A DNA stretch of 64,000 nucleotides from Amoebophrya sp. A120 (taxonomy: Eukaryota; Protista; Dinoflagellata): NCBI GenBank assembly GCA_905178155.1, contig CAJINV010000017.1, positions 922,722 to 986,721 on the forward strand. Direction: 5' to 3'. Positions 13,117 to 27,069 of this stretch are shown here, in pieces. Each line of letters begins with the position of its first letter. Positions within the stretch are counted from its first letter, which is position 1. Under the pieces are notes generated by a model. That model ran no database searches. It was not told where the DNA came from and saw only the letters and a program-made list of their open reading frames with translations. A program made the translations under genes and the position numbers.

Positions 13117-14028
13117 ATGTCGTTGCGCACACCAGTCTACCACGGCTCCGTTCCGTCGATGGACGAGGAGCTCAGTGGTAGTCGCCGGTACGGGCGATCC
13201 AGGAAGACCGCGGGCGGTGGGACCGCGAAAAACCGCACAGCGACCAGCGCACTGCGGCGAGCAACTAGCAGAGCCACCACGTCGATTGCCATTTTTTACT
13301 GCGCCATGAACCAAAACTTGCAGTGTGCTGTTTCCGGCGTTTCGATCGGAAGTGCAGGAAGTCGTCCAGCCGCGTCATCTAGTACTATTCCCTCGGTGAG
13401 TGCTACCATTAAGAAGGCTCCTGCTCGTGGTACCACGGTGGAGCCAATTTCCACTGATTCGTTTTTAGAAAACAAAAAGAAGAAAAGCAAGCATGGTACT
13501 AACGAACAAGGCAGAGAGGGCATCAAGCTGAACGGCAGGAAGACTGCCACTGAGACGACTAGAGCGAAAGCGACCACTGCAGACGCTGGTGCTGGCTTGC
13601 AGTGTTGCGCAGCAAATGAGGCAGTTGATGTCGCGGACCCGAATCCCGCCCCCTCTACGGACGATGGAAAAGATGATCCAGCTCTTTGCGTGGCCCACGA
13701 GCGGTGCATCGCCCATTTTGCAAGCAGAGTCCAGGAGGTCGGGCTGAAAGCGTTTGGCAAAGACAAATGCTGCCCCTCAGTGTATAAAAATAAAAATAAA
13801 TGCAAAATCTCCATTATTTTTGCACTGTATGTTCGTCATCTGTACCTTTTTTATTTTTTTCACTCCCTCTTGATAATGATGTGCACCACTGATTTGTTCG
13901 CCAGTTTTCAGGTTTCACTTTCATTTCGATTTCTATCTTAGGCACAGGAGCCATCCATTGCAACAAAGAGCAGCTGTATTCTGTCAACGCGCGACTTTAC
14001 TTACTTACTTATTATCTGAGGGGGTAAT
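13117..14028 (+). CDS. Hypothetical protein, Cys-containing C-terminal part; last exon uncertain
   Basis: ORF 13117-13941 looks coding up to ~13780, then AT-rich intron-like sequence with acceptor ttag at ~13941. Confidence 0.45.
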
Positions 14029-14872
14029 GCAAATACTTCGATGTGGTCGCGACGAATAGTTCTTGATCTTGTTCAGGGCTGAGATGAACTTAGCATTAGC
14101 ATGCTCTGAAAAGTTTGTCGTGGGGATTATCTTCCGTTTTTTATTTTTGAGTTTAGTCGACTTCCTTCCAAACAAGTATTAGAGGTTTGCTTTTGGCAAA
14201 AAGAAGCAATTGATGGCTCTTGATGAGTTGTAGGATGGAAGATGCAGAATAATAGCAAACTAAGTTTTGCCTTGACTGTCGCAGTCTCTGTGTGTCCTGT
14301 GCTTCATGTGATCGATCGGTAGAAATTCGTGCTTCGTGCGCGTCAAGCATTATTGAATTAATTATATGAGCGTTGTAAGTTCTACTACTTGTTAATAAAT
14401 AAAAGTGCACCGATGCACTTCGTTCTGTTTTTCGTCTTCTCGTGCAATTTTCTGGCTTCAATCATCGTCCGCTTTTACTATAAGTATAACGTCGTTTTCG
14501 TCTATCTGTCGTCTCTCAAATTCGTATTCTCGTCGTCTATCGTCTGTGTTTCAATTTCTTTTTGATCTGGTTTATTTCAATACCATTTGCTTCTCCAGGG
14601 TGCTACTAGAAAAAATCCATTCCAGAAGCAAACTGATTTATTTCGTCCAATCAACATACTGCTTGTGTTTTCTCCTGTCACCCACAGGGGCCGTAACGAA
14701 GGCTACTAAAGAGTTTTCAATTTTCCCAGTAGATAGTTCTTCCACCAGCAGCGGTCGCCACATTGAGTTGCGCTCCGTTGCAGTGTTAGAAGCGTCCTCC
14801 TCTTCCCCAGCCTCGTTGTATCAAATTCAGAAAACCGCAGCACATCTGTAAGCAAATAAAAAATATCAGTCG

Positions 14873-17550
14873 ATGGTGAAGCCGGTCGACTACCGTCCGG
14901 GGTCGCTCCCCGACTCGCGCGCGGTGGAGGACTTCCAGAACCAGGAGATCGGTAGCTCCCACCGCGGCTCGATTCAGTACAACCGGGACATCTTCGCGAA
15001 GCAATGGCCCAGGACCACGGGGAAGTCGCAGCGGCCGTCCGAGGGGAAATTCCACTCGCAGATGGGCAAGAAAAATGCAGACGGCGTGAGCGGCTTGTCT
15101 GCTTTCGAGCTGGAAAAGCACCTGTTCAAAGAGAAAATGCGGCGGCTATCAAGATAAAAAGTGCCCCACCACCGACAGAATTGCAACTTTGTTTTGCAAC
15201 TTTGTTTTGTTCCACACGAATGGAACTTCTTCTTGTATTACAACAACAAACATGAAGAAATAGATATTGCGATTCATTTTGGACCTATGCCAGTGATGCA
15301 ACTTCAACATGACAGACATCGCTTACTACACTTTCCCCCTGTGGTGCATGAACACAAACCTTCGCTCCTCTGGCTTGAGAATTTCTCAAGCTGATAAGTA
15401 CATGCAAGGTGAAGAGAAGGTGGCAAGAGTTTCCATCGAGAGCGTTTAAGTACTTATTGCAATGCAAACGCTTGCACACAATTCGGGGGTGGTCGTGGCA
15501 CTTTTCGCTAGGATACCGGGGCATCATCTCCGAGCAGGACCCCTCCGTCTGCACCGTGAAGCCGGACCTGATCCTGCCCTCCGAGAAGCAGCGGCGCGCG
15601 CTGACCGCAGCGAAGTGGCGCAAATCCACGCAGAAGGTCACGCGGGCGGCCCGCATGCTGGGCGGGTGGGCGGAGTTCGCCGGCGTAGACAACATCGAGG
15701 AAGTCAACGACGAGCAGAAGCCGGAGAAGTCCGCGTTTCTCCGTACGGGAGACGTATTCCCGGAAGAACAGATCGTGGAACCGCTGTTCCTATCAACTGC
15801 AATAATTTTGTCTGGGACTGGGTCGTCATCTGGAAAAAGCTAGAAGTAGTTTCTCATGCACGTTTTGTCGATGTTGAACAAGAAGTGACGAGCCTCACAT
15901 GATGCAGCCGGGCGTAGCTGCATCTGCATGTTGATCACAGGTCCTGCGAGAGCTCGAGCTGTGCGATGCGTACTCGCTGTGGTCCAGAGATCCTCACTAG
16001 CAAAAAGTAAAAAGTACAGCTCTAGCGACTGATGCATGACTTTGCGTGACTGGCTCTGGCACCAGAAAGCATCACAAGTTTGCCTTTGCACCTGTCCGGG
16101 CCCACCAGCAGGCAACATCTTTGCATTTGATAGCTCCCTGGGAAAAACGAAAAGCCACGGGTGATGGATATTACGTTCACGAAGACGGGGAAACTGCAGA
16201 AGGAAGCGGTGGCCAACATCCCAAATTTGATGGCGGGGTTCGACAAAACCTTCCACGGGCCCATGGTGAAGAACAAGGCGGGGCACAAGTTCCTCCAAAG
16301 GTACAAGGTAAAGAAGCCCGAGCCTGCGCGGGCCCAGTCCGCTTCGGGGTACGACGACGAGGGCCCGGCCATGCGGTTGCCCTGCAAGTTCGAAGACCCC
16401 TCGATTCAGGATGTGGTGGCGGCGCTGGAAGACATGCATTACGATCAGAGGTAGGAAGTTGATGATTTCAGTGTTTTTACGATCGCCGAAGACTAAATAA
16501 CCGACTATAGACTTAAGTAGTACAATTAAGTATGTTTAGTGCTGCCGCTGGAGCTGTTATGGGCTTCTAGAGGTATTGACACTGTACCTAACACCTTGCG
16601 TGTTAATAAGTATAATAAGAAATAAATGTTCAAGTAGTATCCAAACGAAACCTCCCAGGACCCGCGGGCAGCCGGGTGAGGACTTGGAGAAGTTGATGAA
16701 GGCGGTGTTTGCGGACCGACCGGAGTGGCGGCAGCGCATGGCGGTGCTGACCAAGTCGCAGGTGCTGCGGCGGAAAATACTGGACACCCTGCCGCCGGGC
16801 GGCCGCCAGGTCGGGTCCGCCGTGCTGGGCGCCACCCACCCGTGGCGGTCCGCCGTGAAAACGGTGGAGGGGCGGGTCTACAAGTTTGAGGAGCAGAACA
16901 TCTGGCCGAGGTACGCCACGGACGCGGGGCGGTACAGCAGCGATCACAACTGGCCGAAGGCCGATCCGGTCACGGGGAAGCTCGCCCGGGACGTGCTCCC
17001 GTCGCCGTCGGAAACCATGCCGCAGCACCCGAAACTGACCAACTGCCCCTCCTACTCCTTCGGGAAGGGGCTGCGCCGCGTCGTCGCCGACCCCATCCAC
17101 GACATCTGGACCGAGGTCTGGAAGCCGCAGGACAAAAACTCCACGCCCGGCCCGGGGGACTACACCGAGGCGCTGGGCACGACGAAAACCCCGTTTACGT
17201 TGCAGCACAACCAGGAAATCGTGGTGCTCGGAGCGAACGACAAGTACGCCTGCAAGGGGATGCTGTCCCCGGAGATCACGCGGCTCGCGCAACACACGTG
17301 CAAGCCGGTCTACTCCTTCCCGTTGCAGCGGCTGCCGGACGTGGCGCAGGGGAATCTGGCGCAGGCCACCGCGGTCAAATCGGACCTGGGAAACCTGTCA
17401 CCGGGGCAGATTTACACGCAATACGGGGGTTTCCGGGTCAAGGACAAGAACTACGGCAACCGCCCGGCACGCACGGTTTCGCTAAAAACCATCGACAAAG
17501 CGTTGTCGGCGGGCCGGAAGTACGAGGTCGGCGGGAAACCGTATCGGTGA
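14873..17550 (+). CDS. Hypothetical protein with an STPGPGDY (PG-rich, SHIPPO/STPG-like) motif; 4 exons
   Basis: GC3-rich exons ~14873-15146, 15521-15790, 16138-16450, 16659-17550 join in frame; PSYSFGK and STPGPGDY motifs resemble axonemal PG-rich repeats. Confidence 0.7.
15147..15515. mobile_element. Introner-like TIR insert
   Basis: tatcaagataaaaagtgcc...ggcacttttcgctaggata; DR gcggc/ccggg; restores MRRGIISEQ. Confidence 0.75.
15791..16132. mobile_element. Introner-like TIR insert (ends related to family A)
   Basis: tatcaactgcaa...ttgcatttgata; DR gttcc/gctcc; restores LFPGKNEKPRVMD. Confidence 0.8.
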
Positions 17551-18755
17551 GACAGTCTGCGGCGGAGTTGAAGACGCACAGAGGGATAAAAAAAGCCGTT
17601 GTCATTTTGTTTAATATTAATCTGTTATTTCACATCCATGTAGTATTCTAAGAAAACCATAAACCATTATTTTGAACATCAACAACGCTCATACATCAAG
17701 TACTCATCATTTTTACAGTACATACTAACTTTTCTTTTGAATGCAACAACTCAAATTTCCATTTTATACGCATAACATATCATAGGCACATGCTGCTTCA
17801 GCTTTGTTGTCCTCGTTTCAGTAGGGCCGCACCCCGGCCAGAACTTCCTCTTAGTGTTTCTTGTCGATAGCAAACACTTTTTCGTCTACCCTTTTTTGAT
17901 CCAATCGACAGATCCAAAGAAAATGACAAATCGGGTGTACCCCCTCCGATGATGAATTTGATTCTTACATTTAGTAAAGCACTGGTTTGATCATGGAAGA
18001 CCCTGCACACGAAACATTCATCCCGGACGAGAAATGTTTCAATCGAATCGCCGAGCTTGTTCTACGGAATATTTCTAAGTGAGCTGAACATCCACCACGA
18101 CAGTTTTGGTTCAAAAGAGGATCTTCTGCCTGGGATCATGCCTTTTGCTTTTCAGTAGAAGTGCGGCCACGATCATCGCCGGTCGTCTAACATCAAGGTG
18201 ATCTTCATGATGAGACCCGTTTAGATCAAAGTAGAAACAGATCTTCCACCCGTCCGTGAAAACGAAATCAAAATTGCTTGTACGTCGTAGTAGCTTCTCC
18301 GAAGCAAGTTGATCGCTGAACTGGAAGTGGTTTTTTGGTATTTGTGCTGATGCTCGTGAAAACGAGCAGGAGGGTCCACGTGCAGTGCAAGAAAGAGATC
18401 TGCTTCGATCCTTTGCTTGTAGATGTAGATCTCCATTTTTTTTGCTGGTCTGTGTTGAAATAAAACCACGACGCTTCAGTAGCCTGGCAATCTCTTTTTA
18501 TCTGTCGACTCAGCGACCATACAACTACGACCGACGAAATATTTCGAAGAAGTATACAGCGACATGATCTAATATTAGGCTCGTAGGACAACAACAGATC
18601 CAGGAGATCCACTTTGTGCTTTACTTGCTGGTTTTATTTGAGATGGATTTTTTTCTTTTTCTTCTTTCTGAAAGAGGATCGGTTTCACCTTCGACTTATT
18701 AAGGTGTCAACATCGCAAGAATTCGATTTATTATATTCCCGCGACAACTTCCACA

Positions 18756-20393
18756 ATGGCACGTCGCGAGGCTTTTGCGGAAATGCGTCGGCGACTCGAC
18801 GAGCACGGGCTGGTTCGCCGAGTTTGTGATGCAGAAACCGGAACCGAGCGACTCGAGGTCGATTTTAGAATTGATCCAAGAAGAGGTGGAACAATGAGTG
18901 GGGGCGAAGCTGCATTGGAGGAACACCAAAGTTGCAGTGGTACTAGCAGAGCGGGACAAGAACGACAAATTCATGCTGCGACCAACAGCACAACACGAAG
19001 CCAGCCACCTGCTGATGTCGTGCGACACCAGCTCACGATTCCACTTACGCAGCACCTTTTACCAGGAGCGGGGGAGAACAGAAATAATACCAAGCGCCCC
19101 AGTTCTTCTACCGAGCATGATGTTGAGCAACACGTTTATGAGCACGACGGAACCGGTGTGGTGTTGTGGCCTGCCGCAGTGCTGCTGTCCGAATATTTGG
19201 TGAAGCAGGTGAGAAACGAATACGGAGCACTAGTACCTGTCGTCGGCGCCGCAACGTCACCAGGTCATCCGACGAGAGCGACGACTTCTACTAACACGAC
19301 TTCTGGCCCTTGCTCGAAGAAAATGAAAATCCTCGAGCTGGGTTGCGGCATCGGGCTTCCGGGAATCACCGCGGCGTATCTGAATCCGAGCGCCGAAGTT
19401 ACCCTGACCGACCAGTGCGTCCGAGCGGCGCAGGCGAATATTGCAATGCAAGAACATCAACGTGTAGAAGTACTTATGAACTGCAAAAGTGTCGTACTCG
19501 TGTAAATGCATTACAAATTTCCTCAGCGTGAGAAATGAAATTTGTAATGCGGATTTACCTTAGCAAAAGGATTTGCAATGCACGATTGCAATACGAGTGC
19601 GATAGTACTTTTGCACAGGATAGTACCAGTACCGAGGACATCTTCACGATCGGAGGTCCTCGAGGAGGCGACAAGAACTCCTCCTCCCCAGAGCTCTACC
19701 TTTTATCCTTCCGTGTCAAGCCGTCTCCATGCCGAGACGTTGTCGTGGGGAAGACAGGAGCTGGAGGAGAAACAAAGACAACTGAGCAGTAAATCATCTT
19801 GTGGTCATCTCCCGACATCATTTTCGACTTTGCAGTCGCATTCCTTCGACCTGATTCTCGGCGCAGACCTGCTCTACAACCAGGAGACGCCGGTTATCAG
19901 GAAACTGGTGGAATCGATCGATCAATTGTTGAAGCTTGAAGGAGGTGTTGACCTCCAAGGGAGTAGCGACAATGCAGCTTCCACTGGCTCGACGTCGCCG
20001 TCGGCAAGTTGGGGTGACCGCGACTGCAATGCTGCTGCTGACAAAGACGAAGGGTTGAAAGGTGCGATAGGACAACCGAGAGCCCTGATCGCCTTTGAGA
20101 TCCGTGGGACGTGGTTCACGCAAGCCGACTTTTTGGAGATTTGCACCGAGGAATTCGCGTTCGATGTGGAGACCGTGGATCTGACGAGTAGGATAGGAGT
20201 ACACGCCGTTGAAGATGCAGGGATGGATAAGGAGGAAACGAAAACAAGAAGAGCCGACGTGCAAGAGAGAACTGAGGGAGTAGAGCAAGCAGAAGTGGAA
20301 ATAAAAGACGAGCATTACGATGATCCATCGCGAAACGACATTTTTCTGTTCATTATCAAAAGAAGGACGAGGACCATACGACCAGGCAAATAA
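18756..20393 (+). CDS. Protein-lysine methyltransferase, METTL21/Methyltransf_16 family
   Basis: TGVVLWPAAVLLSEYL, ILELGCGIGLPGI, VTLTDQ, LSWG, FDLILGADLLY; two ORFs joined after removing 19475-19622. Confidence 0.9.
19475..19622. mobile_element. Introner-like TIR insert, family C
   Basis: tatgaactgcaaaagt...acttttgcacaggata; DR gtact/gtacc. Confidence 0.85.
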
Positions 20394-21019
20394 TCTGCAA
20401 GCACTTAACGTTAACCATAAGGGCGACAAATTGAACGACCGCAAACAGAATCAGAGATGAACCACACGACACCGTCGCGATCTGTACCTTGTTGTGTGTA
20501 GTTCTAGCAGGACGTCAAGTCCTTGTTAATGTCTGCGACTGTTCGTGGTCCGCGTGTTCGACATTTTGGCAGGGGCGTAGTCCTTCGGTCGGACTCTACT
20601 TTCAGAGCCGCGAACGATATTATGACTCCAGAAGATGAAGATCCCAAAAGATCAAGATGATGGATGTTGATGTTATCGCATGCACTTCTGCAGCAAGCAC
20701 CGATGTTAGAAGCCTGTAGCTGAAGTTGACTGACAATCAAGATAGAAAACTCGGCGACTTTGATTTGACAAGCTCACAGGCACTATGCATTGCGATCGAT
20801 TTGTTCGATGATCCAACATCATCAGCGAAAAAAACGTATAAATCATATACGTGCAACATCAAAAAGTTAAATCAAGACTCAGAACGGCGACACTGACATA
20901 TTTTTCGAAATGAGCAAGCCGCGCAAACATGATCAGATCGCTGAATGTAGTGACAAGGACAAAAACCGCTCCCCTGGCGCATTGAACAATCGTAAGCAGC
21001 AGAAGTGAATAAGCCAACT

Positions 21020-21454
21020 ATGGAAGCGACCACGTGGGTTTCTGATACGGACACTTCTGTCCTGGAAGACGTCGATGATGTGGGTTACTTCCACGAAGAA
21101 ATGGCCACCTGGCTCATCATATGCATTGCAAAAGTATCGCACTAGTATAAATCGCATGACAAATTTCCTCAGAATGTAAAATGGAATTTGTCATGCTGAT
21201 TTACCTTTGGAATCAGATTTGTCATGCATGTCTGCGATTACTTAGTACGATGCTTTTGCATTTGATACACCAACGGCTCCTACTACACCATGCTGGTTTT
21301 GCTGTTTCTCATCGCGCTCGCCTGGCTGAAATACCGGGGAGACATTCTTCGTTTTGCCCAGAGCCAGCGACCCCATGTCGGTGCTGCTGCGGTTAGCAGT
21401 GGCACGGCCGGGGTTGTGGTTCAGCAGCAACAGCAGGTTGCTAGTACTAGTTAG
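21020..21454 (+). CDS. Small single-pass membrane protein (not in ORF track); may extend past the TAG
   Basis: MEATTWVSDTD...MATWL(I/T)NGSYYTMLVLLFLIALAWLKYRGD... appears only after removing 21120-21267. Confidence 0.6.
21120..21267. mobile_element. Introner-like TIR insert, family C
   Basis: tatgcattgcaaaagtatcg...cgatgcttttgcatttgata; DR catca/cacca. Confidence 0.85.
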
Positions 21455-23218
21455 GGGGCCGGAGCAGGAGTGTCGAGTGGGAGCGGTGGTGCTGGTGCAG
21501 CATCAACAACATTGAGCGCTTCGGGGAACGCAACGCCAACGCCCACGCACATATCCGCGAGCTTCAGCGGTGTAGCGGGGGCCAGTAGCACCGGCTCTTC
21601 GTCTTTTTTCGGACACATTAGCGGGGGAGTCGTGCCAACTGGTGGTGGAACTGCCGGAATCAGTGCAGCCAATGACGGGAACATCAAAACGAGTAAGGGA
21701 TGATGAAGATAACGAGGCCACCCGGCGCAACGGCAGGAGCGCCGCCGGTTGCAGGTGCAGCGGGTCAGCGTTATGTCCTCGGTGCAGCGGGTCAGCGGGT
21801 CACCGACGAGATGAAGAGACGAACATCTTCGAAATCGACGTCACTGCAATTTGGCGTGGCGTGGACCGATGAATGGCATCGCGTTGTTGAATGCCGTCGG
21901 TGCTGCTCCTGCGAAAGCTACTTTGTGTGGAAGTGGAATTTGGCACGAGTACAACAAGGAACAAAAACAAGGTAGTAAGTTCGGCTGTTGACCATTGATT
22001 GCACACAACAACGTTGAAGAAGGAGGGCGGACGACACTGAAGGCAGAATGGACGAACGGCAGCGAAGCGTGTTGGTGGGCGAGACCCGCTGGGGCTTTGA
22101 TGTCCTCCACGCCAATTACGTATCACGATGCGAGTTGAAGGAGCATACCCCTTCTACAAAACTGCAACATGCAACAAGAGCCAGGGCCACGCAGCGCGCC
22201 TTTCCAAGCAGAACCTCTTTTTCGACGCGCGCGTTGCGACGGAGAAAAGGTTGCTAAACTGCACTCTGAAACTACGAAGACGATCACGATGCCAGCGACC
22301 AGCATTACGTAGCAACACTTCTGCAACTAGTGAGTCGTTGCTATCCGATTTTCACATCCTCCTCCAGAGACGAGCTTCTTGTACGAGATCATCGCGAACA
22401 TGCAATCACGAAGATGAAATTGAAAAACAAATACAAAAAATAGACGGGAGTCCGAATTTTTCTAATTGGATAATATTCTCGCGATGAAGCTCAAGCTGCG
22501 CCTCCAGCTGCGTCGGCTGAGTGAATTTGCATAAGTCGAGTCGATGTCGATAACTGGTAATAAATCTTCAAAATTGAGTAGACCCAATCCTAGCACAGCT
22601 GGTCTCATGATGTTGTGCGTTGTTCAGTTTTGCTGTTCAAATAGGTTTACGTATGAAATGTATGTGTATGGTGCACATCCTGATCCTTCTCGTTCACGTT
22701 TATGTTGAATTTGTCCATGGATGATGAGCCGAATCTTCGTATGAGTGTGAGCGATTCTTTGTTGTATCCCCACTTCGTGTGAGAAAGTGTGCCGTGGTGT
22801 AACTTTACCGAGCTGTACGTAGGGTCGTATTTGTTCTTGTGTTTTACCTTCTGTTACCCGTGACTGGTGTCATGCTCCTACCTTTCCGTGAGGTGAGTGA
22901 TGTGAATCGTAAACGACGTCGTGGTAAAAAATGTGTCTTAGAACAACTACACTTCTGCCTCTATTTGCTTCTACTTGTTCGTAAAACCGTGAACGTGTAC
23001 GTGAGAGAAGACTTGTGATCCGGTGGTCGTAGTCGTAGTTCGAATTTTACGAGCTCACAAAATTTTTTACCCAATTTGAATTTCCAATAAATCTCCAGGT
23101 ACTTCTTTTTTTTTCGGGGGGAAAAAGGGAAGTACATTCTAGCTCTAGTAGTAGCTTGTGTTCACGCACTGATGCTGAATGTAGTACTCTGTTGAACTGA
23201 AGCGAACAACCTGTAAAA

Positions 23219-26200
23219 ATGGCGATCACGCAGCCCGCGAGCATGAACGCGGGCAAAACCCAGATGACTCCGGAGGAGCAGCTGGAGGACCTGACCAGGA
23301 GGTTTCAGTTGCTGGAGGGGGAGAGAAAAGCCACGTATGAGACCGCCCAGCTCAACATCCGACAAAATAAAGAAATCATCAAGCAGATGAAGGTAAGTAC
23401 AACGGGCACCAGTTTTCGTCTTCTCTTTGTTTGTAACTTGATCATGTTTTGCATTTCCATCAAAATATTTCTTGTATTCCATGCGCCGATGAAAGTTCGA
23501 CGGTGCCACCAATGCAAAAAAAACCATTTCACTTTCAGGATGAGTCCAAGATGTTGCGACAGCAGATAGCGCTCCACCGCAACGAATCCGCTCCAAGTAC
23601 GGAAAAGCAGGTCGAGGAGAAGACCGCCCACTGTACTATTTCCTGAATCACATCAGTAGGCTTTTGTGATGCAGCATGAAGTATGTATGTCTATGTTTAT
23701 ATGGAGTGGGTTTGATGAGAAACAAACAGAAAGCCAGTTTCTGATGCGATTATTTGCAGAACGGAAGGAACAATGATGCACATGTTTTTGTCTTGAGATA
23801 CATAAGGGTAAAAATCCTAATCGTATATTCAAGCTACAAGAATGGATGCTGCAACTGCATGCGAAAAGGAAATAGCAAAAACACTATGATCACGAACCGC
23901 GAATATAACAGGCAACACCCTGAAGCGGCAGTTGGATAACTTGAGACACGAGACCTCCACGAAAAAGCAGTACATGGAGGACATGAGGTATGGAAGCGTC
24001 AGGATGGAAATCATCAAAGTTGAAATAGTTTGTCATGCATAAAATGCAACCTACAAAATGCCTGTCTTGCAGAGTAGGCAAGGGGGGCAGATTGTAAGCC
24101 TGTTGCGGGGTAGAAATAGTAGCATTACAAAAGCCGCCTTCCTTGCCCAAACAGCATGACAAACTGGATTTCGGTTTTACCCAAATTTGTCACGCACCGC
24201 TTGGAAATTGGGCTTCCAACTGGTATCCGTGTTATGCATCACAAATCATTTCAACTCTGACGATTTCGATCCCGACACTCCCATATGAGGTCAAAGCTCG
24301 AGGACTTGGAGGATGCCAGTAACAGCCAGAACATTGGTAGCACCGCACAGTCGAGGCAGATCCGAGTGCTGGAGAACCGCCTAGACAAGGCAATGATCAA
24401 ATACAACGAAGCCCAGACCATCCGACGAACGTAGTTCTAGTTTGTGGTCTATTGCGATGCATTCTGAATTCTGATGAAGCTCCTCTTTCTTACTTCTACT
24501 AGGAATGCGACTGCCTGTACCTCCTGTCGCAGTGAAAGTGTTGCATGACTTTCATGAGTGGTTCACTAAAACAAGCATGTGGAAGTGAGATGAAGTGCGA
24601 ACCTAGTCTCGAGAACCAATGATCCTACAAAATTCAGTGACTTCTAAAATCAGATACGAGCAAATTGTGAAGCGGTTACGCGAAGAGCGAACGGGGTTCG
24701 ATTCCCAGTTGGCGCAACTGGAGGAGACTTTGAGGGCGAGGGAAAAGGACTACGAGGAGCTGTTACTGCTCAGTCACGACGCCTACCACGCGAAGGAGAT
24801 GGCACAGGCAGAATTGCACCGATTCGAACAAGGGGTTATGGAGGAGAGAAATCAAAGGGATAAGGAGGTACTGCTATTAAGAGTACGTAGCGTTATCCCT
24901 TTCTCCTGTTTTCCATGCAACTCACTGCTGCGAAGAAGGCCGAGACTGTGATGCAAATAATTTTTCATGATCGTTCCGCATAAATCCTATTACAGGTGCA
25001 AGAGAAGAAAGCGCTAGTCCAACAGCGAGTCGAGATGAACCAGAGGCTGCAGCAGCGGGAAAGAATGCTGAAGCAGCAGCAGGATCTGGACCGAGCAGGA
25101 GAGATCGCATTGAAGACCACCAGCGCCATGGCAGATTTGGCCGCTGGTACACAAGAAATTGAAATTAGAAATAGGATGAAGATCATGATCTATCTCTTAG
25201 AAGTGTTTTTTGGCATGCATAGTTGTGCAAGATAGGCTTCATTTTCTCCCTATGCATGAGGAAGGGGCCGGCACTCCTGGACCTTATGTTCCTTTATTTT
25301 CCATTGCATGAAAAAAAAACAGGTATCAGCAGCACGCAAGCTGAGGAGGAGAGGCATCGCCTGCAGGACTACGAGGAAGCGTTCCGAAGAATCAAGGAAG
25401 CAACGGGCGTGTACTATTTTTGTACTTAGTTCAAGACGAAGTGTCAGTGTGGCCTCCTCTTGCTTCTTGGAGCTGCACCGCGTTTAAAAGTTTAGTTTGC
25501 ATGCCAAATATCTACATAAATTAAAATTTAAATCCCCAATCAGGTCCGACGTGAACGAAGTCATCCAGAAATTCCTGACGCAAGAGGACACACAAAACCA
25601 GCTCCTCAAGCTCACCGTCGAGTGCCAGGCAAAGATCGATAGTTTGGCCGAGCAAAGGCGGCAATTGAAGGGCATGGTGGACGAGCGCAAATTCAGCTCG
25701 GCAGGAAACATCGGGAAGCGGCAGGTATAGATAGTGCCGGACGTCTTGTTTTGGACAAAGTTTCAGTTTGACTTCGATCAAGATCGGTAATGCGCGATAA
25801 AGTTATCCTTACTTCTTGGTAAGCAGTAAGTACTTACCTGCTGCAACTCCTAGCGCAGCACTTGCAGTTGCAGGCCCATCGCACGCTCGAGGAGCCACGT
25901 ACTTTTACGCTCTTCTGTGATGAAGACCGAACCTACTGGTGAACAAATGAAACCATCAGGTCGTGGACGATTTCGAGACCCACCTCTCCGAGGCTAGTGC
26001 CAAATGCTCCAGAAACCAGGGCAAATACGAGCGAATAGCGAAGGTCTTGATCGACCTAAAGACCGGTGTGGACCACCTTGCCACGAAGTTAGTCAGCATC
26101 AAGCTCGACGGTATTATACATGATTTTTCGCTTTGATTTATTTTGCTTTTGGTTTTCAACATCATGTCACCGAACATGCATGGCGTCATCGAGAAGAAGA

Positions 26201-26964
26201 TCGGGAAGCAGAGGCTATTGTGCGTTGCAGTAGGGTGGCCTATCTCGGTAGTCAAACAACCCTGAAGTAGAAACGTGATCATATTGCAGGCGAATCTCCG
26301 ATCGAAGTGACGGACGAGACGGTGGAGGATGTGCTTTCGCAGTGTGAGTTCAAGTTGAGCAATATCAAACAAAAAAGTGTTAACGTTAACGGTTTTCATA
26401 GATTGCAAATATGCATCACAAATCTTGCCTAGCATGCATGCTATGCATGACAAATTTGGGCACGTTTTGTGGTGCGTTACTGCATCACAAATTCCGTTAA
26501 CGTTAACACTTTTTCCTGTGATAAGCAAGCTGATGTCAATCACGCACTTGGAGGGCGCCAAGATGGGCAAGGCACAAGCAGCGAAGATCGATCTGGCATA
26601 GTACAAGAACCTTCTTGAAGATGACTGCTACTCCTACTGCTTTGATGATTCGGGATACTATATACGTCCTTTATTTTTTTTGCATGCTGTGCACCTGCAG
26701 GGAGCAACCAATGCAAAGTTCTTTCGCTTTCCAAAAATTGTTCACAACATGAAAATCAGTTATGAGGAGAAGATGATGCAGAAGTCGCAGTCTGACATTC
26801 GGGTCCACACCCACGACCAGGATGATGAGGAGCTCGATGATGACGAATTCGAAGACGACGTCGAAGAGGACGTCTGGAACCGCCGGTCTATCAAGCACAA
26901 CTCGCAGGTCATTCACGACCAAAACACCAAGCGCAAGAAGCGCGCTGCGGGCAAGAAGAAGTAA
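23219..26964 (+). CDS. Coiled-coil outer dynein arm docking complex protein (CCDC151/ODAD3/DC1-like), multi-exon
   Basis: RFQLLEGERKA, IRVLENRLDKAMIKYNEAQTIRRTYEQIVKRLREERTGFDSQL, YEEAFRRIKEATGVSDVNEVIQKF. Confidence 0.85.
23989..24285. mobile_element. Introner-like TIR insert, family D (GT-AG register possible)
   Basis: tatggaagcgtcaggatggaaatc...gatttcgatcccgacactcccata; perfect DR tgagg. Confidence 0.9.
26363..26523. mobile_element. Introner-like TIR insert, family E
   Basis: tatcaaacaaaaaagtgttaacgttaacgg...ccgttaacgttaacactttttcctgtgata; perfect DR agcaa. Confidence 0.9.
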
Positions 26965-27069
26965 GTTGATAGTTCTTCAAAAAGAAAAAGGTCTCAGAAC
27001 TTCGAGAAGTAGGTATGAAAGTGGCGGAAATGATTCGGAGTTTCTCGGAACTTGAGTGAGTTATTTCAT

